Part shown: positions 1 through 10,800 of the stretch, in pieces
Position numbering within the stretch: the stretch's first letter is position 1
Layout of the letters: every line of letters starts with the position of its first letter
IMG/VR virus record: IMGVR_UViG_3300035135_001065
Location: 1-28,770 of that record
Direction: 5' to 3' (one strand)
Length of the DNA stretch: 28,770 nt
Origin: a virus
Taxonomy: Duplodnaviria > Caudoviricetes
Program-made: the position numbers and the translations under genes
The notes under the pieces: generated by a model
What the model was told of the DNA's origin: nothing
The model's database searches: none
The model's input: only the letters and a program-made list of their open reading frames with translations

Positions 1-3000
1 CAAGGAGAAACGTTAGAAGTAGTTAATGGTGTCAATACTCCACTTCTAGTTGTTGGAACCGATGGTAGCGTACTTCCTACTAGTATTTCTGTTACTAATC
101 CTGACACTGGCGAAGTAACTTCTTTAGAAAGTCCTGCAATGGGATATGGTTCTGCTGTTAAAGTAGAAGAAGGTATTTACTTTGTAAATGGATTTTTTGT
201 TCGTAACAAAGAACAACTTTTAGTAATCGAAGAGTATTACGATCAACCAACTGCAAAAGTTGGATTTACAATTAGTGAGGACGTTGTAACGCCAGAAGAA
301 GATCCTTCATTATATGACAACGCAATTGGATCTTCTAATTACACTGCTCCTGGTGCAAATAGATTAAAAATTGATTTAACTTTAAAAGAATTTGCTATTG
401 ATGAAATTACAGATAAGAATTTCATTCAATTAATTACTGTTGTAAGAGGGGCAGTACAGAGAAGAGTCAAACCAACCGATTACAGTCTACTAGAGCAAAC
501 TCTAGCAAGAAGAACTTTTGATGAAAGTGGTGATTATGTAGTTGAGAATTTCTCCGTTGATATTAGAGAGTACGCACAAAGAGAAGGCAACAGAGGACTC
601 TATGCTGCGGCAGATGATGGATCATTCAATGGATTGAGTGCCAGTGATGCATACCGTAAGATGGTTGCTAGTGTAAGTCCTGGTAAAGCATACATCAAAG
701 GTTATGAGATTGTCAATAAAGAAACTAAGTATCTAGAGATTAGTAAGGCTAGAGAAAGTCTTTCAAGTGACAATGTAACTTTGAAGAGCAAAGGGTTGCC
801 AACTTTAAATATTACCAATACTTTTGGTAGTGTTCCTCTAAACAAAGAAGGATCTGACTTAACGGCATATCCAGAGGTATTCGTATATTCTACTTTCAAT
901 GATGGTTCTATTGGACTAAGCAATACCGAAGATGCCAACGCTTTAAGACAAACTGTAAATAGAAGAGGATTGCTATTCGATTCTAATACTGGCATCAAAA
1001 CTCTAACTATCCAAATTACTAGCACAACTGATACACTAGCAACTTTAAGTGATAGTACATTCCAAACTACATTTAAAAACTTATTCTTTATTAAGACTAG
1101 AGATTCACAGGGAGCAGTTCTTTCTACAAGCAGCGTACAAACTTTATCATTCTCTAAAATTAATCGTCCTGAAATTAATGCATCTGCAGGAGTTCAATTC
1201 TACGAAGTTACTGTATTTGGTAAAAAAGAAGAAGTAGAACTTTTACTGACAGATTATGATGCTGGTGATATTGCATTCCAAAGACAACTGTATCTCACTG
1301 AAGCAAAACTTGCTGCAGATGCTAGGTTCGGACATATTGTTGATTACAGTGAAACTATCACTCCAGTTATTGGTAAAGTAAAACCAAATAATTTCTATCT
1401 AGAATCTAGGGGTGCTGGTTTTGATGACGATTCAGATATTATTTTATCTAAAGGACGTTTACCTCAAGGAACTTCTTCATACAATACCGTATTCGGATTA
1501 TCTTATTTCGATCCCCAATTCTTCACACGTCTTCTCTTAAATTCGATTCCTCCAGCAGGTGGTTTTGGTGTAGGTAAATATGTGTATGGATTAGAAAGTG
1601 GTGCGTATGGCGTTGTGGAAGGAGAGTCTGGTGGTACATATTCTACTTCAAATATCTTATTTGTTAAGACTCTTTCTGGTAAATTTATTTCTGGAGAAAC
1701 ACTCAGAGATGAAGATCGCAATTCTGTAAGGATTGCAAAAGATAACACAATTTCTCACTTTATTGTAAGACAAAGAGGACTTGGTTATAGTCAAAGTTCA
1801 ACTCTTTTAATTAATGGTGTTGAATTTGATGGGTCAAAAATCAATTTAGAAATTGGCACAACAGGAAACGCACTAAGAGCAGTAGTTACCAACAGATCTG
1901 CTGTTTCAATTGAATATAGTCAACCACCTGCAGTATCAGTTTTACAACCAACTGGTTCAGCTGCACCATCTTCAGTTGCAGCAATTGTCCCAGTATTGTT
2001 TAGAAATAGTGTAACCACTTATACTCCACAAAATATTAAATCTGTTGGTTGTAGATACGGATCTGGAAATGCAAACGTATTTACTGCAGATGTAGTAGTT
2101 GACAATCAACAATATTCTGAAATTAAATCAGTAACAGATTTTACATTTTTTGGAACAAAAGGAACTCTTTTCCTAGAGTCAACTAGCTTTAGTGCAGATG
2201 CTAGCGAATTCTTAATTCAAGGTGATATTATTCAATTCTCGGATGAAGATAATAATTTAGTTCGTGCAATTGTACAAAAATCTACAAAACAAGAGGGTTC
2301 GGTAAAAACTAGAATTTATCTAGACACTGCTCTCCCTGGAAATGTTTCTAATACTAGTATCGTTCGTCTTCGTCCAAAAACAGTAAACGCAAACTCTGGA
2401 TCACTATTATATCCAACTGGCAGTAAGCAGGTAAAAGAAATTTCTGCTGGTGGTGATGAGACAAAAATTAAGTATTACTTCAGAAGAGATTTTGTTACCA
2501 CTGCTTCTTCTGGTGGAGGAACTATCACTTTTGCAGCACAACTACCTTTTGGTACACAAAGATTCGCTGCTTTCTCTGAAAGGAATTACATTATTACTGT
2601 ATTAGATCCAGGTGATGCACCCGACATTGAAGAGGGAGATATTGTCTATGTCGATGCAGATAATGTAAGTATTAGTTCTGCTACTGATACAGCAAGTGGT
2701 CTCACTTCGGGTAGTATTAGTCTAGAACTTCCATCAACTTACTTTGGTACTATTCCATCTAATGGAACTTTCCCCAGACTTAAGTTGACTGCTACTCTTG
2801 AAGTATCTAACGCAAAACCAAGACTCAAGACTTCTGTCGAAAATAGAAGAATTGTTGTAACTTCTTCTGGTGATAGAGTTATTCCATTTAGAGGAACTAA
2901 TTACGACACTGAGGTTGTTGAAACTCTATCTTATGCAGATGCTTACAAGTTGAGATATGTTTATGAAGGAACTATTTCTAAAGCACCTGATGTAGATACT

Positions 3001-6000
3001 GCAGGTAATTTAATTACTGGTACTGATGTCACAGAAAGATTTACTTTTGATGACGGTCAAAGAGACACTTTATATGATGTATCTAGAATTGTTTTAAAAC
3101 CTGGATACGAACAGACTACAGGACAATTAGTAATTGCATTTGATTACTTCGAGCACTCTCAGGGTGATTTCTGCACTATTGACAGTTATCTTCATGAGGC
3201 AGGTGTCACAGAAGATCAAATCCCCGATTTTAACTCCAACGTTCATGGAATTGTTGAACTGAAAAATGTTATCGACTTTAGACCAAAAGTAGATAGTAAT
3301 ACTATTATCCCTGGTTATCAAGACACATCTTCTTTATCAGTAGTAACTAGTCAGTTTGCTGGTCCTGGATCAGTAATCACAAGTTCTCCAGCGCCAGACT
3401 CAAATCTAGAGTATACCATTTCGTTTAGTCAGACGCAATACCTCAATAGGATTGATGGTATCTTCCTCAATAAGAATGGTGAGTTTATTGTTAAGGAAGG
3501 CAATTCTTCTCTAAACCCAACAAAACCAGATTTAGTAGACGATGCTATCGCTCTCTTCTATGCTTACATTCCTGCGTATACACAAAGCAGCAAAGATGTA
3601 AGAATCACTCCAGTTGACAACCGTCGTTACACAATGCGTGACATCGGTAAACTAGAGAAACGTATTGAGCGTCTTGAGTATTATACCACACTTAGCATCC
3701 TAGAGCAACAAGCTCTTAACATGCAAGTCAAAGATACTATTGGATTAGACAGATTTAAGAGTGGTTTCTTGGTAGACAATTTTGAAGAGCACAGAATTGG
3801 AAACTTAGGATCTATCGATTATGCATGTGCTATTGACAGTCAACAGTCTGTATTAAGACCACAGTCGAATGAAGATTCATTTGTTCTAAAAGAAGTTAAT
3901 ACTAGAGAAGATCAACGATCTGTTGCTGGATACCAAAGATCTGGAGATATTGTTACTCTACCATATTCCGAATTGAAGTTGCTTTCAAACGAATCTGCTT
4001 CTAGAACTTTAGATCCAAACCCATTTGTTGTTATTCAATATGTTGGAGATGGTGAAGTTTCTCCTTCAGTCGATCAATGGTACGACAAGAGTGTAGAACC
4101 TTTGGTTGTTGATACCAATACAAGTTTGTATTCTATTTTCTTGGCAAAAGAAAATTCAAGAGAAAGTTTCTCAAGTTTACACAATTCTTTCTTAGTCAAC
4201 TGGGTTGGAACATCTCCATCGTTTGTTGCTATTAATTCTTTGGGAGAAGCTTCTACCAAGAATGCAGTATCTTCTGTTGGATCAGCATCTGTAGGAAGTT
4301 CCTCAAATATTAGTCCACAGAATAATGAGATTGGAAAGGGCATTTCTACTAAGAACGTTGGAGAGAGACTAGTTTCTTCTTCCGTGCAGTTCTATGCAAG
4401 AAGCATTCCTGTAAAATTTGTTATTAGAAGACTAAAACCAAATACGACTGTTAATGTCTTTATGGAAGGCAGAAACATCAACAGATGGGTAAACCCAGAT
4501 TTGAGATTTAGTGGAATTGCTGGCAACTCTTTGTCAACATTTGGAGGAGTTGTTACAACTGATGAAAGTGGAAATGCTAGTGGTATTATTCTAGTACCAG
4601 CAGGAGCACCTCCAACAGAGAATACAACTTGGACTGGTGATATTAACACTGTAAGTTATGATTCTACTGGAGAAGAAATTAGAGTTACCACTGGAGTAAA
4701 GACTATTAGATTTACCTCTAGTGCTACTGACGAGAGCAAAGAAAAAGTTTCCTCTTATGCAGAAGTAAAATACTATGCTACTGGCATTCTACCACAGAAT
4801 CCATCTAGTATTGTATCAACAAAACCATCGTACTTCAAATCTAACGAAGGAGTCCAGTCTGTTAACAGTAATACAGATAATCCATTAAAACCAAATCCTC
4901 TAGCACAAATTATTAAAGTTGAGAACTATGATGGTGGAGTATTTGTTACTGGTTTAGATCTCTTCTTCAGCAAGAAGAGTGATACTATTCCATTAAGAGT
5001 TTACTTAACTAACGTTGATTCGGATAAACCAGCAAAAAATATTCTCCCAGGAACAGAGAAAACTCTTTCTCCAAATACTTACTTAAAATGTTATACAAAC
5101 GGCAACGTTTCAGTAACTCAAGGAGAATTTGTAACAGGAGTATCGACTGCCGCTTCTGGTCCTATTTCTAGAATTATTGATAAGAATGGTGTCGAATTAA
5201 CACCATCTTCTACTGGAGTCTTTGCATTAACAAACGATCAAGTATATACGATTGTTCTTAGCAATCACAATGGCAAGTCTTTCAGACCTAATGAGGATCT
5301 GTCTATTCCTTCAGTTACTACCGCAAATGCTACTGGCGGAACAGATCTGAAGTTGACTATTGCTAAAGATAGCGGAAAAGTTTCTGACATTAAGATTGTC
5401 AACACAGGTCAGAATTATGATAGTGCAATTCTAACTATTGAGAGTCCACAACTTCCTGGAGGATCATCTGCTACTGCTCGTGTAGAAGTTTCCAATGGAA
5501 GAATCTACAACACAGAAATTTCTCTAAGTGGTATTGGATATACAGAACCCCCTTCAGTGGTCGTCAAAGGTGTCGGAAATGGAGCAGGAGGGTGTGTAAT
5601 CCAGACCTTCATAGAAATTGACACACCTGCAGTTAGAATGGGTGTAGCGGTCGATAGAGACGGAGTTACCAACTCAACAACGCCAACTAATTTCAAGTTT
5701 GATTATCCAGTATACCTACAAAATGACACAGAATATGCTCTAGTTGTAGAGACAGATTCAACTGATTATGAGTTGTGGGTTTCTGAACTTGGATCTAGTG
5801 ATATTGCTACGAGCACTATTATTACATCACAACCATCTTTAGGTTCACTTTATAAGTCTCAGAATACTGATATTTGGACGGAAGACTTAGACTTGGATCT
5901 AAAATTCAATCTTTATAGAGCAGAGTTTGAAATTAGCAGACCATGCGAACTTTTACTCACCAATGAAAACCTAGGTTATGAACTATTGAATAAGAATCCA

Positions 6001-7647
6001 TATGAAACTAATGCTGGATCCAGCACTAGTGCTACATCAACCTTGTATAAGGGCAACAATCAACTTGTTAAAGTATCACATAGAGATCATGGATTTGATA
6101 GTTCTGGAAAGTCATATGTCTTCTACAGACAGGCTCTAGAGACTGGAGGAATTACTGCTGACATTTTCAATAGCACTCTTTTCAATGTTACTAATGTAGG
6201 TATCGATCAATATAATTTAACTTCTACAACTCTAGCATCTAGCAATTCTGTTGGTGGAGGTTCTAGTGTATATGCGACTTATAATAGAAAGTACGAAGTT
6301 CTTTATCCACAAATTAACTATCTAACATTCAGTGATACTAAATTAGAAAGTTTTGTATCTACAACTAATGTTGTTCCTGTAGATTCATCTACTACAAACT
6401 ATACATCGTATTCACAAACTGAGTACGAAAAAACTTTCTTGAATGAATCTCATTTCTTTACAAATCAAAAACTCATTGCTTCTCGTATCAACGAAACAAT
6501 GAATAGTTTAGAGAGATCTCTTACTTATAAGATGTCTCTAAGTTCTGCAAAGTCTACTCTATCACCAGTAATTGATTTGTCAAGTGCTTCTGTAAAGACA
6601 GTAACTAATAGAATTGAAAGTGGAGAAGGTCAAGAAGATAGATTTGGTGCTAGAGATCAAGTAATTAAATTCTACAATGTTTTCTCGTTTGATCTATCAG
6701 GTCAAGGAACAACAGGAATTATTGAATCTCAAACAATTACAGGTCTCACTTCTAAGGCAGCAGGAACCATTGCAAAAGTTGATGGATCTACTGTAGTTGT
6801 TAGAGTAAAAACAAAACAATCCTTTATCAATGGAGAAACGGTTGCTCTAGCAACTCAACCAGCACTAACTTCTGTTGTGGTGGATGGAGTTCCAGTAAAA
6901 ATCAATCTTTCCCTATCTGATGGTGCAACTATCACTGCGAGAAATCCAAGTGATATTACTGGAGATGCTTATGATAATATCATCTACGGTACTACAGTTT
7001 CATGGAATAATCAAACTGAAGAATTGACTTTGAAAAATGATGTTAGACCAATTCTAGATGACTACACTGGAAGAATTCAAGATAACACAACAGCATTCAA
7101 TAGAAATGCAAACGTTGGCGATCAAGGTTTAGATATCTTTAGAGTTGGAGATTTTATTAGTTATGCAGGTCAAGCGGACGCACAATCTGCATACTGGGAA
7201 ATTGGATCTGTAACATATACAAATGGATCCGACTTCGTTGCAGATGACACTTCCAAGAACAGTTCATCTGTTGCAAAATATGTGACTAAAGAAATTTCAA
7301 TTTCAAATCCAGGAACTTCTATTGACGTTCATCTTCTTGCAAATGCAAAAGAAATTTCTAACATTGAAGTTCTTTTCAAATTCAAGAAAGCATCCAGTCA
7401 AGATAACTTCGATGATATTGATTGGGAATACTTCAATGGAAACGGTCAACCAGATGTTGCGGAAATTGCAAATCCAGAGAATACCATCTCTAGTATTGTT
7501 GAAAAGCAATCATCTTACCAAGATTTGAAGTATAGTGTATCTGATCTACCAGAATTTTCTACTTTCGCAATTAAGATTGTTCTAAAAGGTGTAGATCCAG
7601 CGTTTGTACCAAAAATTCAGGACATTCGCGCTGTTGCTTCTTTCTAA
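1..7647 (+). CDS. Giant virion structural protein, VrlC-like / DUF4815-type (baseplate-associated), 5'-truncated by the window
   Basis: Frame +1 is open from base 1 (QGETLEVVNGVNTPLLVVGTDG...SPAMGYG), so Met at 139 is probably internal; at least 2548 aa. Motifs GIYFVNGFFV, LYDNAIGSSNYTAPGANRLKIDL, LARRTFDESGDY, GKAYIKGYE, RYTMRDIGKLEKRIERLEYYT, DRFKSGFLVDNF and PLAQ...GVFVTGLDLFF are typical of the VrlC/DUF4815 structural protein of T4-like cyanophages. Confidence 0.85.
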   Translation, partial: QGETLEVVNGVNTPLLVVGTDGSVLPTSISVTNPDTGEVTSLESPAMGYGSAVKVEEGIYFVNGFFVRNKEQLLVIEEYYDQPTAKVGFTISEDVVTPEEDPSLYDNAIGSSNYTAPGANRLKIDLTLKEFAIDEITDKNFIQLITVVRGAVQRRVKPTDYSLLEQTLARRTFDESGDYVVENFSVDIREYAQREGNRGLYAAADDGSFNGLSASDAYRKMVASVSPGKAYIKGYEIVNKETKYLEISKARESLSSDNVTLKSKGLPTLNITNTFGSVPLNKEGSDLTAYPEVFVYSTFNDGSIGLSNTEDANALRQTVNRRGLLFDSNTGIKTLTIQITSTTDTLATLSDSTFQTTFKNLFFIKTRDSQGAVLSTSSVQTLSFSKINRPEINASAGVQFYEVTVFGKKEEVELLLTDYDAGDIAFQRQLYLTEAKLAADARFGHIVDYSETITPVIGKVKPNNFYLESRGAGFDDDSDIILSKGRLPQGTSSYNTVFGLSYFDPQFFTRLLLNSIPPAGGFGVGKYVYGLESGAYGVVEGESGGTYSTSNILFVKTLSGKFISGETLRDEDRNSVRIAKDNTISHFIVRQRGLGYSQSSTLLINGVEFDGSKINLEIGTTGNALRAVVTNRSAVSIEYSQPPAVSVLQPTGSAAPSSVAAIVPVLFRNSVTTYTPQNIKSVGCRYGSGNANVFTADVVVDNQQYSEIKSVTDFTFFGTKGTLFLESTSFSADASEFLIQGDIIQFSDEDNNLVRAIVQKSTKQEGSVKTRIYLDTALPGNVSNTSIVRLRPKTVNANSGSLLYPTGSKQVKEISAGGDETKIKYYFRRDFVTTASSGGGTITFAAQLPFGTQRFAAFSERNYIITVLDPGDAPDIEEGDIVYVDADNVSISSATDTASGLTSGSISLELPSTYFGTIPSNGTFPRLKLTATLEVSNAKPRLKTSVENRRIVVTSSGDRVIPFRGTNYDTEVVETLSYADAYKLRYVYEGTISKAPDVDTAGNLITGTDVTERFTFDDGQRDTLYDVSRIVLKPGYEQTTGQLVIAFDYFEHSQGDFCTIDSYLHEAGVTEDQIPDFNSNVHGIVELKNVIDFRPKVDSNTIIPGYQDTSSLSVVTSQFAGPGSVITSSPAPDSNLEYTISFSQTQYLNRIDGIFLNKNGEFIVKEGNSSLNPTKPDLVDDAIALFYAYIPAYTQSSKDVRITPVDNRRYTMRDIGKLEKRIERLEYYTTLSILEQQALNMQVKDTIGLDRFKSGFLVDNFEEHRIGNLGSIDYACAIDSQQSVLRPQSNEDSFVLKEVNTREDQRSVAGYQRSGDIVTLPYSELKLLSNESASRTLDPNPFVVIQYVGDGEVSPSVDQWYDKSVEPLVVDTNTSLYSIFLAKENSRESFSSLHNSFLVNWVGTSPSFVAINSLGEASTKNAVSSVGSASVGSSSNISPQNNEIGKGISTKNVGERLVSSSVQFYARSIPVKFVIRRLKPNTTVNVFMEGRNINRWVNPDLRFSGIAGNSLSTFGGVVTTDESGNASGIILVPAGAPPTENTTWTGDINTVSYDSTGEEIRVTTGVKTIRFTSSATDESKEKVSSYAEVKYYATGILPQNPSSIVSTKPSYFKSNEGVQSVNSNTDNPLKPNPLAQIIKVENYDGGVFVTGLDLFFSKKSDTIPLRVYLTNVDSDKPAKNILPGTEKTLSPNTYLKCYTNGNVSVTQGEFVTGVSTAASGPISRIIDKNGVELTPSSTGVFALTNDQVYTIVLSNHNGKSFRPNEDLSIPSVTTANATGGTDLKLTIAKDSGKVSDIKIVNTGQNYDSAILTIESPQLPGGSSATARVEVSNGRIYNTEISLSGIGYTEPPSVVVKGVGNGAGGCVIQTFIEIDTPAVRMGVAVDRDGVTNSTTPTNFKFDYPVYLQNDTEYALVVETDSTDYELWVSELGSSDIATSTIITSQPSLGSLYKSQNTDIWTEDLDLDLKFNLYRAEFEISRPCELLLTNENLGYELLNKNPYETNAGSSTSATSTLYKGNNQLVKVSHRDHGFDSSGKSYVFYRQALETGGITADIFNSTLFNVTNVGIDQYNLTSTTLASSNSVGGGSSVYATYNRKYEVLYPQINYLTFSDTKLESFVSTTNVVPVDSSTTNYTSYSQTEYEKTFLNESHFFTNQKLIASRINETMNSLERSLTYKMSLSSAKSTLSPVIDLSSASVKTVTNRIESGEGQEDRFGARDQVIKFYNVFSFDLSGQGTTGIIESQTITGLTSKAAGTIAKVDGSTVVVRVKTKQSFINGETVALATQPALTSVVVDGVPVKINLSLSDGATITARNPSDITGDAYDNIIYGTTVSWNNQTEELTLKNDVRPILDDYTGRIQDNTTAFNRNANVGDQGLDIFRVGDFISYAGQADAQSAYWEIGSVTYTNGSDFVADDTSKNSSSVAKYVTKEISISNPGTSIDVHLLANAKEISNIEVLFKFKKASSQDNFDDIDWEYFNGNGQPDVAEIANPENTISSIVEKQSSYQDLKYSVSDLPEFSTFAIKIVLKGVDPAFVPKIQDIRAVASF

Positions 7648-7656
7648 TTTCCGCGT

Positions 7657-7863
7657 ATGGGTTACATCAAAGTTTCGGGGCACGACGGTCTTGTCAGAGA
7701 CGAGACCACAGGTGCCATCTTGAATCATGACGATTCTGCTATTCAAGCAAGACGTAAACAAAAACAGTTGAATTCCGCGTTAGACGACATAAATATGTTG
7801 AAGAATGAAATCTCTGAAATCAAATCCCTACTGAGAGAGTTAGCAAAAAATGTCAGCAATTAA
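7657..7863 (+). CDS. Small conserved phage protein with C-terminal coiled coil (68 aa)
   Basis: Starts 9 nt after the upstream stop and overlaps the next gene by 14 nt. KVSGHDGLVRDETTGAILN followed by a heptad helix (LDDINMLKNEISEIKSLLREL) resembles the small gene I recall following VrlC in cyanomyoviruses. Confidence 0.8.
   Translation: MGYIKVSGHDGLVRDETTGAILNHDDSAIQARRKQKQLNSALDDINMLKNEISEIKSLLRELAKNVSN
7788..7795 (+). promoter_or_regulatory. Putative T4-type late promoter (CATAAATA) for the 1802-aa gene
   Basis: Matches the NATAAATA late consensus and ends 54 nt upstream of the ATG at 7850, inside the 68-aa ORF. Confidence 0.55.
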
Positions 7864-10800
7864 TGTCGCAAGGACAGATACCTTTGAACAGCAAAGGGTA
7901 AAAATTAATCAGATTAGTACAGCTCTATTCAATGTTACTTCTGGTGGTTCTGACCTATCTACTGGTAACTTAAAACTAGGGGATGGAACTTTAGGTGCTC
8001 CATCTTTAGCATTTGTAAACGAAAATAATTTAGGTATCTACAGACCACAAATTTCCACTTTTGGATTTGCTGCTGGTGGTAAAAAGATTACCGATATTGG
8101 TCTTTCTAGTATTACTTCTTTTCAGAAGATTATCGTCCAACAAAAGAAACTTCTCCAAAGTGGATTAACCATCGTAACACCAGGATCGAATTACGACCCT
8201 GGATCATATACAGATCTTGCTATTGTAGGTGGTAGCGGACAGTTTGGTACTCTTGACGTTGAAGTAACTGCTTGGACTGGATCTGTTACTAATGCTGGTA
8301 GTGGATACATTCCTGGTAGTTTTGTATCAGTTCCATTACTTGGTGGTAATGGTAATGGTGCTACAGCAAACTTCGAGGTAGACCCGATTGCTGGTACTAT
8401 CGATGATGGTGGTACTGCATACAAACCAGGAACTTACACTGCTGTTCCTCTAACTGGTGGTAATGGATCTGGCGCAGAAGCAACGTTCGACATCCAAGGT
8501 GGAGCAGCACTTAGTGGTTCTATCACTCAAGGTGGTACTGGATATGTTGATGGCAGTTATGCATTCGTTCAATTATTCAACGAACCAACACAAACTTTTG
8601 TAGTTACTGCGATTGCTAATCCAAATGCAGGCAATCCAGGACAACCAAATTTCATTTATGCAATTGATGGTGCTACACAACCAACGCTAACAATGGTTGA
8701 AGGCAACACATATCGTTTTGATATGTCAGATACCAGTTTAGATCCTTCTAATGGTGTGGATGCTGGTGCTAATCATAGAATGACGTTCCAGATGGCAGAT
8801 GGTTCTGGACCTTCTACTAGTGAATATGAATTTTTTGTAAAAGGTCAAACAGGAACTACTGGCGCATTTCAGGATTTAGTTATCAAACCTGGAGCTACAA
8901 CTGGCACTAATGTTATTAGATATGATTGCGCTAATCACGCAAACATGGCACCTGCAGGTGGAAATATTACAGTTAATACTGGAGTTGCAGGAAGTTATGG
9001 TGTTAGCGCATTTGCTGACATTGATATCAGCGGACAAGCAGTAACGAATATCACATTTGTCGCAGATGGTACTGGATACAAAGCAGGTGATGTATTACAA
9101 ATTTCAAATTTAGACGTTGGTAACGCTGGATCTGGATTTGAATATACTACTTCTGGAATTGTATACACTGGTGTTGTAACAACAGTTACTATCACAGATA
9201 GCGGATCGGGATATCAAACTGGTGATACGCTAGGAGTAAATGATTCTGACGTTGGTAATGGCGGAACTGGTTCTGGATTCCAGTATACCATTTCATCAGA
9301 ACCAGGGGTAATTAAGAATTTTACTCCAGCACAAAAAGGAACGGGATATCAAGTAGGAGATGTTCTAACACTATCCCAAGGAATTACCAATATTTCTGCA
9401 TATGCTCCAGGACAATCTGGTCCATATTCTACCACACTTTCTACTGGAAGCACATCCTTTACGATTTCTGATACTTCCTCACTACAAGTTGGCATGTATG
9501 CTGCTACCAGTGCAGGTGACACAGGATCTCTAGACCCCGTATCAACTATCCAAAGTATTGATAGTGCAACACAAGTCACTATTGACCTTGCACCTCTGGT
9601 AAGTGGTGCAGCAAATATTGTATTTACGACTCAAAATTTATTCCAGGTTACTGTTCCAGATACATCTGGAATGAATATCGACGATATCGTCGAGAAAGTT
9701 TCTGGTACAGGTGTACTTGCTGCTGGAACAACAGTTGCTAACGTTGATGATGCTACTACTATTACATTATCAGCTCAACCAAATACCGCTGGTCCTATTG
9801 TACTTAGCGTTCTTCCTCCATACGGAAATCCTACAGGAACAGCAAACGATCTTCAGTATACTATTAATAGTCTAGGAGCTGTTGATACTATTACTCTTAA
9901 TAATGCTGGTAATGGATATGCAGAAAATGATATATTAAGTATTTCTGCATCAGATTTAACACAACCAGAATCTATTCCAGTAACGGCAAAGTACGTACAG
10001 AACGTAACATTCGTTCAAACTATTGCTTCTGGTTGGGTCTCTGCTGGTGACAGTATTAAGGAAGTTGATGGTGTGGTTACTGGCGTAACCGCTACTTCTA
10101 CTCCAGACAGAACGCCAACTGTTACTGGTCCAATTGCATCTACTCTGACTAGTGGAAGTGCAGTTGTAACTTTAGCATCGACAACTGGTATTAGTGTTGG
10201 TGATATTATTTCAGAAAACGCCAGTGGTAATATTCCTGTCGATCCAACTGTTGTCAGTGTTGATAGTGCAACACAAATTACTATGAGTGCTGCTGCATTG
10301 CAGTCAGCAACTCCCGATTTGACATTTACATCAGATGAAGCAGCAACATATTCTGATCTAGCAACAACAGGTGGTAATGGTAGTGGTTGTACCGTAGATG
10401 TAACTAGAAATAGTCTAGGACAAGTAACACAGGTTGCAGTAAATCAAGGTGGTGTAGGATATGCTGCTGGAGAAACTTTAACAGTATCTGGTACTCTAAC
10501 TGGAGGAACTTCCCCAACTCATGATATTACAGTAGATGTTGCTGGTGCAACCAGCAGCACTCCAGGAGAAGTAATTTCTGTAACCGAGTCTGGTGGTAAC
10601 ATCACATCACTTTTAGTGGAGACCGATCAAGGTAATCCATATGCTAGCGCACAATCAATTATAAAATCTGGAACGACAACTCCAATCTATACAGTTGATA
10701 CTGCTTCTTCAACTAGTGTTAGATTTTACATTGATCCAGATGGCAATGGCGCACAATTAACACCAAACTTAACTTTATATGTAGGATCTACATATAGATT

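Noticed and set aside
139-141. ATG at 139 as the start of the giant ORF
   Set aside because: The frame is open and protein-like from base 1 with no obvious SD, so the gene most likely starts upstream of the window.
7649-7780. TTCCGCGT occurring twice (7649-7656 and 7773-7780), with a near-complement CGCGGGA at 13794-13800
   Set aside because: CG-rich words stand out here, but 7-8 bp matches at inconsistent positions are too weak to call a regulatory site.
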